Shown here piece after piece: positions 34,148-42,787 of a DNA stretch of 64,000 nucleotides. The position numbers and the translations under genes were made by a program. Source of the DNA: Gemmatimonadota bacterium (GTDB lineage: Bacteria > Gemmatimonadota > Gemmatimonadetes > Palauibacterales > KS3-K002); assembly GCA_036475815.1 (NCBI GenBank), contig JAZGAL010000012.1, positions 1,969 through 65,968 on the forward strand. Direction: 5' to 3'. Under the pieces are notes generated by a model, which was given only the letters and a program-made list of their open reading frames with translations, was not told the DNA's origin and did not search any database. Position 1 is the stretch's first letter, and each line of letters begins with the position of its first letter.

Positions 34148-35982
34148 AGGCCTACGCTAGACTGCTCCGTTACCTCCGCCCATACAAGCGGGCCTTCATC
34201 TTGAGTCTTGGGGCGATGGTTCTCGGCTCGCTCCTCGACGGATTCACGATGATTCTCCTCATTCCGTTCCTGCGCTCGCTCTTCGGCGAAGCGGCGCTGA
34301 TGTCGACCGGGGGGAGTCTGGTGGAGCGAGTCCTCGATGCCACCGTTGGCCCCTTCATCAACCAGGGGAGCCCCAGCGCGTCGTTGCGCAACGTCGTGAT
34401 CGTCGTGATGGCCGGTTTGCTGCTGAAGAACGTCTTCTTCTATTCGGCGGATGTTCTGGGCGTAAAGGTGCGGGAAGGCATCGTGCGCGATATGCGGGAC
34501 CAGCTGTACGAGCATGTGCAGAGGTTGCCCTTGGGCTTCTTCGATCGGAACAAGGCCGGTCAGTTGGTGGCGAGGGTGTTCTCGGACACGAACCAGGCGA
34601 AAGAACTCATCACGCACACCGTCACCGATGTCGTGAAGCACACGGTGTCGTTGTTCGCCTTCGTCCTGATGCTCTCTCTCATCTCCTGGAAGCTGACCCT
34701 GATCGTTCTGGTCGTCGCGCCCCTCTTCCTGGGCTTCCTGAAGCCGATGCTCTGGCGACTGCGACACGGCTTCCGCAGGGCTTATGATGCCCAGGGCGAG
34801 CTGACGAGCATGCTTCAGGAGACAGCGTCCGGGGCCAGGCTCGTGAAAGCATACGGCGCCGAAGGATACGAGAAACGGCGTTTTGCGGAGACGAACCGGT
34901 TGCTCTACAAGAGCTTCTACCGTGCGGAGCGGATCCGCCGGCTCGGATCGCCGCTCTCCGAGATACTCGGCAGCGTGGTCACGCTCGTGCTGGTGTGGGT
35001 GGGCGCCCAGTTTGTGTTCGCCGGTGAGCTCAGCGCCGCGGCGTTCCTCGCGTTCTTGACCATATCCCTGCGTGTGCAATCCCCGATCAAGGCGCTGACA
35101 AACCTCCCGATCAATGCGCAGTCATCGCTCGCCGCCGCCGATAGGTTCTTCGAGATTCTGGACACGGCGGCTGAGTCGGATAGCGCCGACGGGCGCCGGA
35201 TCGAAGGGCTCGAACAAGGGGTGGCCTACGAGGACGTTCACTTCGCCTACGACGGCGATGAGAAGGTGCTCAGGGGCGTGAGCTTCACAATGAAGCGGGG
35301 AGAGGTGGTGGCGCTCGTCGGTCCGTCGGGTGCCGGTAAGAGCACCATCGTCGACCTGCTGCCCCGGTTCTACGAGCTGTCGAGCGGTCGGATTACGATA
35401 GACGGCGTGGACATCCGCGAGATCAGGCTCGATTCTTTGCGCGATCTGCTCGGGGTCGTCTCCCAGGAGACGGTGATCTTCCATGATACGGTTCGGGCCA
35501 GCATCGCCTACGGCGAGCCCGATCGATATAGCCAGGAAGAGATCGAGTCTGCGGCGGAAGCGGCGAATGCCCACGGCTTCATCACGCAGCTTCCGGACGG
35601 CTACGATACGGTGCTTGGTGACCGGGGCATTCGCCTCTCCGGCGGCCAGCGCCAGCGGATAGCGATCGCCCGGGCGATTCTGCGGGACCCGCCGCTATTG
35701 ATCTTCGACGAAGCCACTTCGTCCCTGGATACCGAATCGGAACGTCTCGTTCAGCAGGCGATCGATCGGTTGATGGCCAACCGCACCGTCGTCGTCATCG
35801 CGCATCGCCTGTCGACGATTCAGGGCGCACACCACATCGTCGTGCTCGACGACGGTCGGATCGTGGAGTCGGGCCGGCATGAGGATCTTCTCCGGCGTAA
35901 CGGCGTCTATCGGCGCCTGTACGATCTGCAGTTCAGTAACCTGGACGACGCGGTGGCCCGTAGAGGAGTGACGGTCCGCTGA
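34144..35982 (+). CDS. msbA: ABC transporter permease/ATPase, MsbA-like lipid exporter
   Basis: Six-helix TMD, then GPSGAGKST (Walker A), LSGGQRQR (signature), LLIFDEATSSLD (Walker B). TTG start overlaps the PorX-like stop (TTGA). Confidence 0.85.
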   Translation: MKAYARLLRYLRPYKRAFILSLGAMVLGSLLDGFTMILLIPFLRSLFGEAALMSTGGSLVERVLDATVGPFINQGSPSASLRNVVIVVMAGLLLKNVFFYSADVLGVKVREGIVRDMRDQLYEHVQRLPLGFFDRNKAGQLVARVFSDTNQAKELITHTVTDVVKHTVSLFAFVLMLSLISWKLTLIVLVVAPLFLGFLKPMLWRLRHGFRRAYDAQGELTSMLQETASGARLVKAYGAEGYEKRRFAETNRLLYKSFYRAERIRRLGSPLSEILGSVVTLVLVWVGAQFVFAGELSAAAFLAFLTISLRVQSPIKALTNLPINAQSSLAAADRFFEILDTAAESDSADGRRIEGLEQGVAYEDVHFAYDGDEKVLRGVSFTMKRGEVVALVGPSGAGKSTIVDLLPRFYELSSGRITIDGVDIREIRLDSLRDLLGVVSQETVIFHDTVRASIAYGEPDRYSQEEIESAAEAANAHGFITQLPDGYDTVLGDRGIRLSGGQRQRIAIARAILRDPPLLIFDEATSSLDTESERLVQQAIDRLMANRTVVVIAHRLSTIQGAHHIVVLDDGRIVESGRHEDLLRRNGVYRRLYDLQFSNLDDAVARRGVTVR

Positions 35983-36032
35983 CTCGCCTTCGGTACCTTC
36001 TCGAGTACGGGTTCGCGCGCCTCATCTTCGGC

Positions 36033-36893
36033 GTGCTCGCACGCACTCCACCGGGAGTGGGTGAACGGCTGGGTCAGGGACTTGGCGGACTGGCCTACCG
36101 GCTCGGCTGGCGCCGCCGGGTCGTGGAGGACCAGCTCGCCCGGGCGTACCCCGAAGAGCGGGACGAATGGATCCAGGACACGGCGAAGGCCTGCTTCCGG
36201 CACGTGGGTCGAGAATGGCTCAGTGTCCCCCTCGTCACGCATCGCGGGGTGGACGAGGTGCGCCGGCGTATCGTCGTGTTCGAGGGCCTGGAGGTGCTGA
36301 AGGCCGCCTACGAGGAGGGACATGGCCTCGTTGTGGTGAGCGGCCACTTCGGGAACTGGGATCTGGCGGGTTCGGCGCTGGCGGCGCTCGGCTACCCGGT
36401 TGACGCCGTGATGCAGGGGCTCAAGAATCCGAAGCTGACCCGATTCGTCAGGGATTTCCGGCGCCGCCTGGGCATGGGGCTGATCGATCGGGCCAGCGCA
36501 TGGGACCGCCTGACGGAGAGCGTTGCGGCTAAGCGCGTGGTCGGCTTCGTCGCGGACCAGGATGCCCGCAGCAGTGGAGTGTTCGTCCCCTTCTTCGGTA
36601 GGCCGGCCTCGACCCACAGGGCTCCGGCGCTTCTGGCGTTGCGGATGGGCGCGCCGTTCCTCGTAGGTGGGGCTCACCGAACCGGCCCGCAGGAGTACTA
36701 CGCCTGGATTGTCAGGATCGACCTCCCGGAGGGAACCGATGTGAAGCAGCAGGTCTTCGAGCTCACGAGACGGTGGGTCGCCGAGCTCGAGCGTCGCGTC
36801 AGGCTTTACCCGGAACAGTACTTTTGGCATCATAGGCGGTGGAAAACTGTCCCGCCGGGAACCGACCCTGCGATTGGCGGTAGTAGAGCTTAG
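36033..36893 (+). CDS. Lysophospholipid/lipid A late acyltransferase (LpxL/HtrB family)
   Basis: SGHFGNWD (HX4D acyltransferase motif), VADQDA, PFFGRPA. The frame is open from 35964 and encodes a hydrophobic LTRLRYLLEYGFARLIFGVLA with only a CTG (35979) before the GTG at 36033, so the true start is uncertain. Confidence 0.8.
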   Translation: MLARTPPGVGERLGQGLGGLAYRLGWRRRVVEDQLARAYPEERDEWIQDTAKACFRHVGREWLSVPLVTHRGVDEVRRRIVVFEGLEVLKAAYEEGHGLVVVSGHFGNWDLAGSALAALGYPVDAVMQGLKNPKLTRFVRDFRRRLGMGLIDRASAWDRLTESVAAKRVVGFVADQDARSSGVFVPFFGRPASTHRAPALLALRMGAPFLVGGAHRTGPQEYYAWIVRIDLPEGTDVKQQVFELTRRWVAELERRVRLYPEQYFWHHRRWKTVPPGTDPAIGGSRA

Positions 36894-36898
36894 GAATC

Positions 36899-37687
36899 TT
36901 GCGGCTCCCCGCTTCCCTGGTGTATCCACCCGGCAGCGGAAAGCGCATACGCACCCATAAGGCTGTGATATATTTCTGTATTCCTGCGCACAATGAGGAG
37001 CGCACGGCAGGCGTTCTTCTGTGGAAGATCCGGCAGGTCATGTCGGACTTCAAGCGTGACTATCAGGTGCTTCTGCTCGATGACGCCTCCACCGATCGCA
37101 CGGGCGAGGTCGTCACGCCCTACACGCAGGTCATGCCGGTCGAAATCCTGCGCAACGAGCGGCGGGCAGGCCATGGGGCCGCATTGGAAAGACTCTTGAG
37201 GGAGGCGGTGTCCCGTTCGTCTTACCCGCGGCGGGACATGGTGATCACGCTCCAGGCGGACTTCACGGAGGAGCCGCTGGCGATTCCGGGCATGATAAAG
37301 CGGGTGGAGGGTGGAGCTGACCTGGTCGTGGCCGCGCAGCCGCCCAACGGCAGATCGGCTCCGCGCGCCGTTCGTTGGGTGCGCAGAGGCCTTCCGTGGT
37401 TAGAGCGGAAATTCGAGCTGCCGGTTGAGATCAGTGACCCTATCTCCGGGCTTCGAGCCTACCGGGTGGGCCTGCTCAAGAAGGCGCTGAAGGAAGGCGA
37501 GGGCGGCCGGTTGCTGAGCCGCGACGGATGGGCTGGGAGCCTGGAATTGTTGCTGGCGGTAGCGCCACACGCACGCCGGGTGGAGGAAACGCAGGCCGAG
37601 ACGCGCTACGACCGGCGGGTACGACCCAGCCGGCAGTCGCTGTGGCGTGCTGCGCGTGACTACGTGGGCTTGCTGAGGGGACGATGA
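36899..37687 (+). CDS. Family 2 glycosyltransferase
   Basis: FCIPAHNEERTAGVLL, VLLLDDASTDRTGEV, and a downstream DxD-like region. Start uncertain. Confidence 0.8.
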   Translation: MRLPASLVYPPGSGKRIRTHKAVIYFCIPAHNEERTAGVLLWKIRQVMSDFKRDYQVLLLDDASTDRTGEVVTPYTQVMPVEILRNERRAGHGAALERLLREAVSRSSYPRRDMVITLQADFTEEPLAIPGMIKRVEGGADLVVAAQPPNGRSAPRAVRWVRRGLPWLERKFELPVEISDPISGLRAYRVGLLKKALKEGEGGRLLSRDGWAGSLELLLAVAPHARRVEETQAETRYDRRVRPSRQSLWRAARDYVGLLRGR

Positions 37688-38529
37688 TGAGGATCTCGGT
37701 GCTCGTGCTGATGCTTCTGGCGGCGCCTTTGAGCGCCTTCGCTCAGGACGGCTCGGTGGGAATACGTTCAAAGGTGCCCGCCGCGGTGCCGTTCGGCGTA
37801 GGCGAGCGCTTCGACTACCGGGTGAAGTTCGGTCCGATCAAGGTTGGCCAGGCCTACATGCAGGTCGTTGGGATCGACACGATAGCGGGCTGGCCCACCT
37901 ATCACCTGCAGTCGCTCATCAAGGGTTCGACATTTTTCTACAAGCTCGAGGACAAACAGGACTCGTGGCTCGACGTGTACCAGCTGGCAAGCCGCCGCTA
38001 TGTCCAGGACTCGCATCAGGGCGACTACGAGCGGTATCGGGATTACCGCCTCGACCTCGAAAACCTCGTCTACGAGCGCAACGATGGCGAGACCGATTCG
38101 ATACCCGAAGGTGCGCTGGACGACGCGTCGTTCGTCTACTTCGTTCGATCGATCCCGCTCGAGGTGGGCGAGACTTACGAGTGGAATCGCTACTTCCGCT
38201 GGGACCGCAATCCGGTGATCCTCAAGGTATTGCGTCGCGAAAAGGTGAAGGTGCCGGCTGGCCAGTTCTCCACCATTGTCGTCCGTCCCATCATCAAGAC
38301 CGGGGGGCTCTTCTCCGAAGGTGGGGAAGCCGAGATCTATATGACCGACGACGACCGGCGGCTGCTGGTCAAGCTTGTGACGAAGCTGAAGGTGGGCTCG
38401 GTCATCTTGGAGCTGACGGAGTACACGCTCGGCCAGGAGCTGACGGCGGAGATGCTGGTGGGGGGTAGCGGGGGTAGCTCAGCCTTCGTCGGCGACGGTC
38501 GAGGAGCTGCTTCTCAGTTCTTCCCTTAA
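37684..38529 (+). CDS. DUF3108-like secreted protein
   Basis: ATGA overlap with the GT2 stop. Signal MMRISVLVLMLLAAPLSAFAQ. GERFDYRVKFGPIKVGQAYMQVVGIDTIAGWPTYHL and ...AEIYMTDDDRRLLVKLVTKLKVGSVILEL fit the DUF3108 pattern as I remember it. Confidence 0.6.
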   Translation: MMRISVLVLMLLAAPLSAFAQDGSVGIRSKVPAAVPFGVGERFDYRVKFGPIKVGQAYMQVVGIDTIAGWPTYHLQSLIKGSTFFYKLEDKQDSWLDVYQLASRRYVQDSHQGDYERYRDYRLDLENLVYERNDGETDSIPEGALDDASFVYFVRSIPLEVGETYEWNRYFRWDRNPVILKVLRREKVKVPAGQFSTIVVRPIIKTGGLFSEGGEAEIYMTDDDRRLLVKLVTKLKVGSVILELTEYTLGQELTAEMLVGGSGGSSAFVGDGRGAASQFFP

Positions 38530-39303
38530 GAACGTCACCACGAGTCGCGCCGTAGTGCCGGCGTCACTCACCATGGGCAAGTGCCGGGCCCGGGGTACCA
38601 CCTCCAGGTGTCCTTGGGGCAGTGCGGCGACGATCTTCCGCCCGCTCTCCAGCGGCGTCAGGCTGTCTCTTTCGCCCCAGATGACCAGGGTTGGTGCCCG
38701 GATGCGTTCGAGCGCGGGCCGGATGTCATAGCGACGTAGCTCTCGCACGCCGGCGCGCATGTTGCGCGGCCCGGCCCTCAAAACGTCCACGAGCAGCGTT
38801 CCATAAAAACCGGGTGGGCACCAGGACCAGGGCTGGGCGAGGCGTCCTAGCCAGCGCCCCGATACTCCGGTCGGCATGCCGGCGCTGTCGATGAGCACAA
38901 GCCGGCGTACCCGTCCCCCGAAATCAGCCGCCAATTGAGCCGCGATGGCACCTCCCATGGAATGCCCGGCGAGGAAGAAATGGGCAAGCTTCAGGTGGTC
39001 CGCCAGGTCGATGACGGCTCGTGCCGCCCCGGGGATGGACAAGGCCGGTCCGGGCGTGCGACCGAAGCCGGGCAGGTCCGGCGCTACAATACGGAGGTTG
39101 GCCGAGGTGAGCTCAGGGAAGAGCGGGAACCACCAACGGCTCGAGGCACCGAGCCCGTGAATCAGTAGCAGAGGCGCGCCTACGCCACCCTCGCAGTAAG
39201 ACAGGCGCCGCCGCCCCAGTTGGGCCTCTCGCGTCATGACGATACGCGTGGTCCGCATCCCCAGTCGCGGACCTTTCGCTGTCAGGATTCGTCGCTTCCC
39301 CAT
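38479..39303 (-). CDS. Alpha/beta-fold hydrolase
   Basis: PLLLIHGLGASSRWW and GHSMGG (nucleophile elbow). The ATG at 39303 has a strong GGGAGG SD (alternatives 39258/39237). Overlaps the hyuB 3' end by 22 nt. Confidence 0.8.
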   Translation of the reverse strand: MGKRRILTAKGPRLGMRTTRIVMTREAQLGRRRLSYCEGGVGAPLLLIHGLGASSRWWFPLFPELTSANLRIVAPDLPGFGRTPGPALSIPGAARAVIDLADHLKLAHFFLAGHSMGGAIAAQLAADFGGRVRRLVLIDSAGMPTGVSGRWLGRLAQPWSWCPPGFYGTLLVDVLRAGPRNMRAGVRELRRYDIRPALERIRAPTLVIWGERDSLTPLESGRKIVAALPQGHLEVVPRARHLPMVSDAGTTARLVVTFLREELRSSSSTVADEG

Positions 39304-40892
39304 CCCCCGCCTCCCGGGGTCCGGATGCTGATCACGTCGCCCGGATCGGCATCGAGCGTGAGTTTCCCCGGGAGCTCGGACCATTCGCCGGCCCTGCGCA
39401 ACCAGTTTTCGCCGCGCGCCCCGGGTCCGCCGCCGGCCGCTCCGCAGGGAGCGAAGCGGCGGCGGTCCGACAGGATGCAGACGCGAGCCGCGGTGAGCAG
39501 TTCGATGTCGCGTCGCAGTCCGTCTCCGCCATGCCGGATCCCGTCGCCGCCCGATCCCGGGCGCAGCGAATAGTGGCGGACGCGCACCGGAATCTCGTGC
39601 TCCAGCGCCTCGATGGGTGTGTTGAGCGAGTTGGTCATGTGGGTGTGGACTCCGGAGAGCCCGTCACGATCGCGACCCGCGCCCATCCCCCCCGCTACCG
39701 TCTCGTAATACGCGAACGGCTCAGCCGTCGTCGGGTCGACACCGCCGACGGTCAGGTTGTTCATCGTCCCGCTGGAGCACGCGGGAATGAGATGGGGCAT
39801 GGCGTGCGCCAACGCGCGGAATACCACATCGACGATCCGCTGAGAGGTTTCGACGTTCCCGGCCGCCACCGCAGCGGGCGGACGGGCGTTCACCACGGTT
39901 CCCGGCTGCGTCACGATCTGCACGGCCCCCAGCGCACCTCCACCAGCGGGCAGCGGAGTTCCGAGCACGGCTTCGGCCACGCAACGCAACACGTAACGGA
40001 CCGCCGACTCGGTGATCGCTACCACGGCGTTGATGTTCCCCGCGCATTGGGCAGCCGACCCGCTGAAATCGACACGCATCTCCTGGCCACGCACCCGGAT
40101 TGCTGTGGCGATTCGCACCGGACCGGAGCCGGCGCCATCGTCGTCCATGAACTCTTCTGCCCGGTATTCGCCGTCGGGGATCAGCTCGATCACGGCGCGC
40201 AGTAACCGATCTGCGTACGCGGAGAGCGCGGCGAAAGCCGTGCGGAGGGAGTCCACGCCATGTCGTCCGGCCAGTTCCTGTAGCCGGCGGACGCCGACAT
40301 CGAGCGCCGCGAGCTGGGCGTGCAGATCCCCCTCACGCTCCACCGGGGTTCTTACATTCGTGAGCAGGATACGCCACACGTCGGACTGCATCTCCCCGCG
40401 CCGGACCAGGAGAACCGGCGGGATCCGGATACCCTCCTGGAAGATCTCCTTGGAAAGTGGCATCGAGCCCGGAGCGCTCCCTCCGACGTCGGCGTGGTGA
40501 GCGCGTGAAGCGACAAAACCGATAGGGTCGTCGGATCCATCCACCCACACTCCGCGCACGGTGGTGAGGTCTGGGAGGTGGGTGCCGCCATGGAAGGGAT
40601 CGTTCAGCACCACAACGTCGCCATCCGAGAGGCTTCGTTCGGCGACGGCGGCCTCCACGCTCCGGGGGATGGCGCCGAGATGTACCGGCATGTGGTCACC
40701 CAGGGCCACCGGGTTCGCCTCTACATCGCAGATGGCGCAGCTATAATCGCGGCGCTCTTTGATGTTGGGGGAGTACGAGCTGCGTCGCAGCGCGGCCCCC
40801 ATCTCTTCGGCGATGGCGAGAAGCAGCGAGCGGTAGATCTCCAGGCGAATAGGGTCGAGCGGCCCAGAGCCGCGGGTCGTGGACGTTTGCAT
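39282..40892 (-). CDS. Hydantoinase B/oxoprolinase-family protein (HyuB-like)
   Basis: DPIRLEIYRSLLLAIAEEMGAALRRSSYSPNIKERRDYSCAI, NDPFHGGTHLPD, and 536-aa length are typical of HyuB. Confidence 0.85.
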   Translation of the reverse strand: MQTSTTRGSGPLDPIRLEIYRSLLLAIAEEMGAALRRSSYSPNIKERRDYSCAICDVEANPVALGDHMPVHLGAIPRSVEAAVAERSLSDGDVVVLNDPFHGGTHLPDLTTVRGVWVDGSDDPIGFVASRAHHADVGGSAPGSMPLSKEIFQEGIRIPPVLLVRRGEMQSDVWRILLTNVRTPVEREGDLHAQLAALDVGVRRLQELAGRHGVDSLRTAFAALSAYADRLLRAVIELIPDGEYRAEEFMDDDGAGSGPVRIATAIRVRGQEMRVDFSGSAAQCAGNINAVVAITESAVRYVLRCVAEAVLGTPLPAGGGALGAVQIVTQPGTVVNARPPAAVAAGNVETSQRIVDVVFRALAHAMPHLIPACSSGTMNNLTVGGVDPTTAEPFAYYETVAGGMGAGRDRDGLSGVHTHMTNSLNTPIEALEHEIPVRVRHYSLRPGSGGDGIRHGGDGLRRDIELLTAARVCILSDRRRFAPCGAAGGGPGARGENWLRRAGEWSELPGKLTLDADPGDVISIRTPGGGGWGSDES

Positions 40893-40975
40893 GTCGTAGG
40901 CCGGCCAGTATTATTATGTCGGTCGTCCAACCAGAGTCTACATGTCTCAAACATCATCAGAGGGCCCGTCAGGGC

Positions 40976-40993
40976 GCTGTAATTGCTGTAATT
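40976..40993 (+). repeat. Tandem 9-mer GCTGTAATT x2 in the divergent promoter region
   Basis: gctgtaatt gctgtaatt read directly, 20 nt upstream of the TTG start at 41013. Each copy contains a TGTAAT (-10-like) hexamer. Confidence 0.8.
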
Positions 40994-41012
40994 GTAGGTA
41001 GAGGAGGGCACG

Positions 41013-41288
41013 TTGGGCAAACGTAAGAAGGAGGGTAGGCAGGAACCTTCTGTGTTCGACCGCGCACGAAACGAATTGTTCGGTCAGATAAGGCATTGCG
41101 GTGTGCTGCAGGCCACAGAGGACCAGCGGGATATCTGGTTCAAGGAAACGATGGAGTACATGGCCAAGCGGTATCCCGGGGTTTCCGAGGAGGAGTTGTC
41201 CCGGCTCAACGCCCTGGGTCGTCGCTATTGTGAGCCGGTCAGACCGCACGGTAGCCAAGTTGGCGGGCTTGCCGAGGATAGTGGCTGA
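41013..41288 (+). CDS. Hypothetical small protein
   Basis: 91-aa ORF. GAGGAGGG SD 4 nt before the TTG. No motif recognised. Confidence 0.5.
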   Translation: MGKRKKEGRQEPSVFDRARNELFGQIRHCGVLQATEDQRDIWFKETMEYMAKRYPGVSEEELSRLNALGRRYCEPVRPHGSQVGGLAEDSG

Positions 41289-41312
41289 GGGCCCGCGACA
41301 TGTTTTCGCCCT

Positions 41313-41336
41313 GGCCGGTCCGCCGGGGCCTTTTTT
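41313..41336 (+). terminator. Candidate intrinsic terminator after 41013..41288
   Basis: GGCCGG-tccg-CCGG(GG)CC hairpin followed by TTTTTT (41331-41336). Confidence 0.5.
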
Positions 41337-41355
41337 CTCGTTGCCGTTCTCATAG

Positions 41356-42678
41356 ATGACGACAGTTGAGATCTTTGGGTGGCTGTTGGCGGTCCTGGTT
41401 CTTTTGGCCGCCAACGGCTTCTTCGTTGCAGCGGAATTCGCGCTCGTCAGCGCAGACGACACAAAGCTTGTCAGCTTGGTGAAGGCCGGTGATCGTCTGG
41501 CCGGGTCTGTCCGGACTGCGCAGGCGAAGCTGAACCTCTACCTCTCTTCCTGTCAGGTCGGTATCACGCTGGCCTCCCTGGGCCTGGGTTGGATCGGTGA
41601 GAGAGCGATCGCCGACACCCTGGTCGCGTTGTTTTCGGGTTTGCCGAGTCCGCTGGACTGGATGGCCCGTCACAGTGTGGCGGTGGTCATCGCTTTCGCC
41701 CTCATCACCTTCCTTCATGTCGTATTGGGGGAGGTGGCGCCTAAGGCGCTGGCGATATTTCATCCGGAACAGGTCGCTCGCTGGCTCGTCGGGCCGTTGG
41801 TCCTCTTCACCCGCGCTGGTGCACCCCTCATCTGGTCGATCAATGAATCGGCCAACGGACTACTGCGCATCCTCGGAGTCCGGCTCCCCACAGAGGCCGA
41901 GCGAGTGCACACGCCGCAAGAGATCATGCTGCTGGTGAGGCGCAGCAGGGAGATGGGCAAGGTGGAACAGGACGAGCAGGCCATGATCTCGGGTGTCTTC
42001 GAATTGACCCGCACTGTGGCTCGAGAGGTCATGACGCCGAGACCGGATATCGTGGCGGTGCCCGAGGATGTGACGTTCGACGAACTGGTCGAAACGACGA
42101 GACATTCCGGTTACTCGCGCCTGCCGGTCTACAAGGAGAACCTGGACGATGTTGTGGGGATTGTGCTGGCGAAGGACCTGCTGTCACGCGCCGCTTCGGG
42201 GGATATCGGGGATTTCCACGTGTCCCAGATCATGCGCGAGCCCTATTACGTGCCTGACACCAAATCGGTGGACGATCTGCTGGCGGAATTTCGCCGTCTA
42301 AAGATTCACATGGCGATCGTAGTAGACGAGTTTGGCGGTACCGACGGGCTGGTCACCCTGGAAGACCTGATCGAAGAGATTGTCGGCGAGATCTACGACG
42401 AGCACGATGTCGCGCGCCCGCTGTTCATGAAGACCGCGCGGGGCGAACCCCTCATCGACGGCGGTGCACCGCTCGATGAGGTCAACGAGCAGTTCGGTAT
42501 CTCGCTGCCGCTGGAAGACTATGATACCCTCGGCGGATTCATTCTGGGTGAGATCGGGCATGTGCCGCAGCCCGGCGATGTTGTGGAGGTCGCCGGTGCC
42601 GAGCTCGTGGTAGAGAGAGTCGACGAGCGCCGGGTACGGCTGGTACGGCTGTTAAAAAGGATGAAGGATGAAGGATGA
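41356..42678 (+). CDS. CNNM/DUF21 + CBS-pair + CorC_HlyC domain membrane protein ('hemolysin-family', probable divalent-cation transport mediator)
   Basis: N-terminal 4-TM DUF21 (ANGFFVAAEFALVS...GEVAPKALA), the CBS pair, and a C-terminal transporter-associated domain (EDYDTLGGFILGEIGHVPQPGDVVEV...VERVDERRV). Confidence 0.85.
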   Translation: MTTVEIFGWLLAVLVLLAANGFFVAAEFALVSADDTKLVSLVKAGDRLAGSVRTAQAKLNLYLSSCQVGITLASLGLGWIGERAIADTLVALFSGLPSPLDWMARHSVAVVIAFALITFLHVVLGEVAPKALAIFHPEQVARWLVGPLVLFTRAGAPLIWSINESANGLLRILGVRLPTEAERVHTPQEIMLLVRRSREMGKVEQDEQAMISGVFELTRTVAREVMTPRPDIVAVPEDVTFDELVETTRHSGYSRLPVYKENLDDVVGIVLAKDLLSRAASGDIGDFHVSQIMREPYYVPDTKSVDDLLAEFRRLKIHMAIVVDEFGGTDGLVTLEDLIEEIVGEIYDEHDVARPLFMKTARGEPLIDGGAPLDEVNEQFGISLPLEDYDTLGGFILGEIGHVPQPGDVVEVAGAELVVERVDERRVRLVRLLKRMKDEG

Positions 42679-42707
42679 AGGATGAAGGATGAAGGATGAA
42701 GGATGAG
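42659..42707 (+). repeat. Heptanucleotide tandem repeat (GGATGAA)x6 plus one 6/7 copy
   Basis: Read directly: ggatgaa x6, then ggatgag. The stop codon of 41356..42678 (TGA 42676-42678) lies inside copy 3. Confidence 0.95.
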
Positions 42708-42787
42708 AGCTCGACGCGGAACCGTAGTATCAGGCCTCATGAGGCTGCCGCTGCGGCACCGAGTGCAACCATAGAAGAGGAGGACCC

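Noticed and set aside
41356-42678. 'Hemolysin' function for the DUF21-CBS-CorC_HlyC protein
   Set aside because: The domain set is that of CNNM/CorC-type Mg2+/Co2+ transport mediators. The hemolysin label is historical, and there is no toxin-related context.
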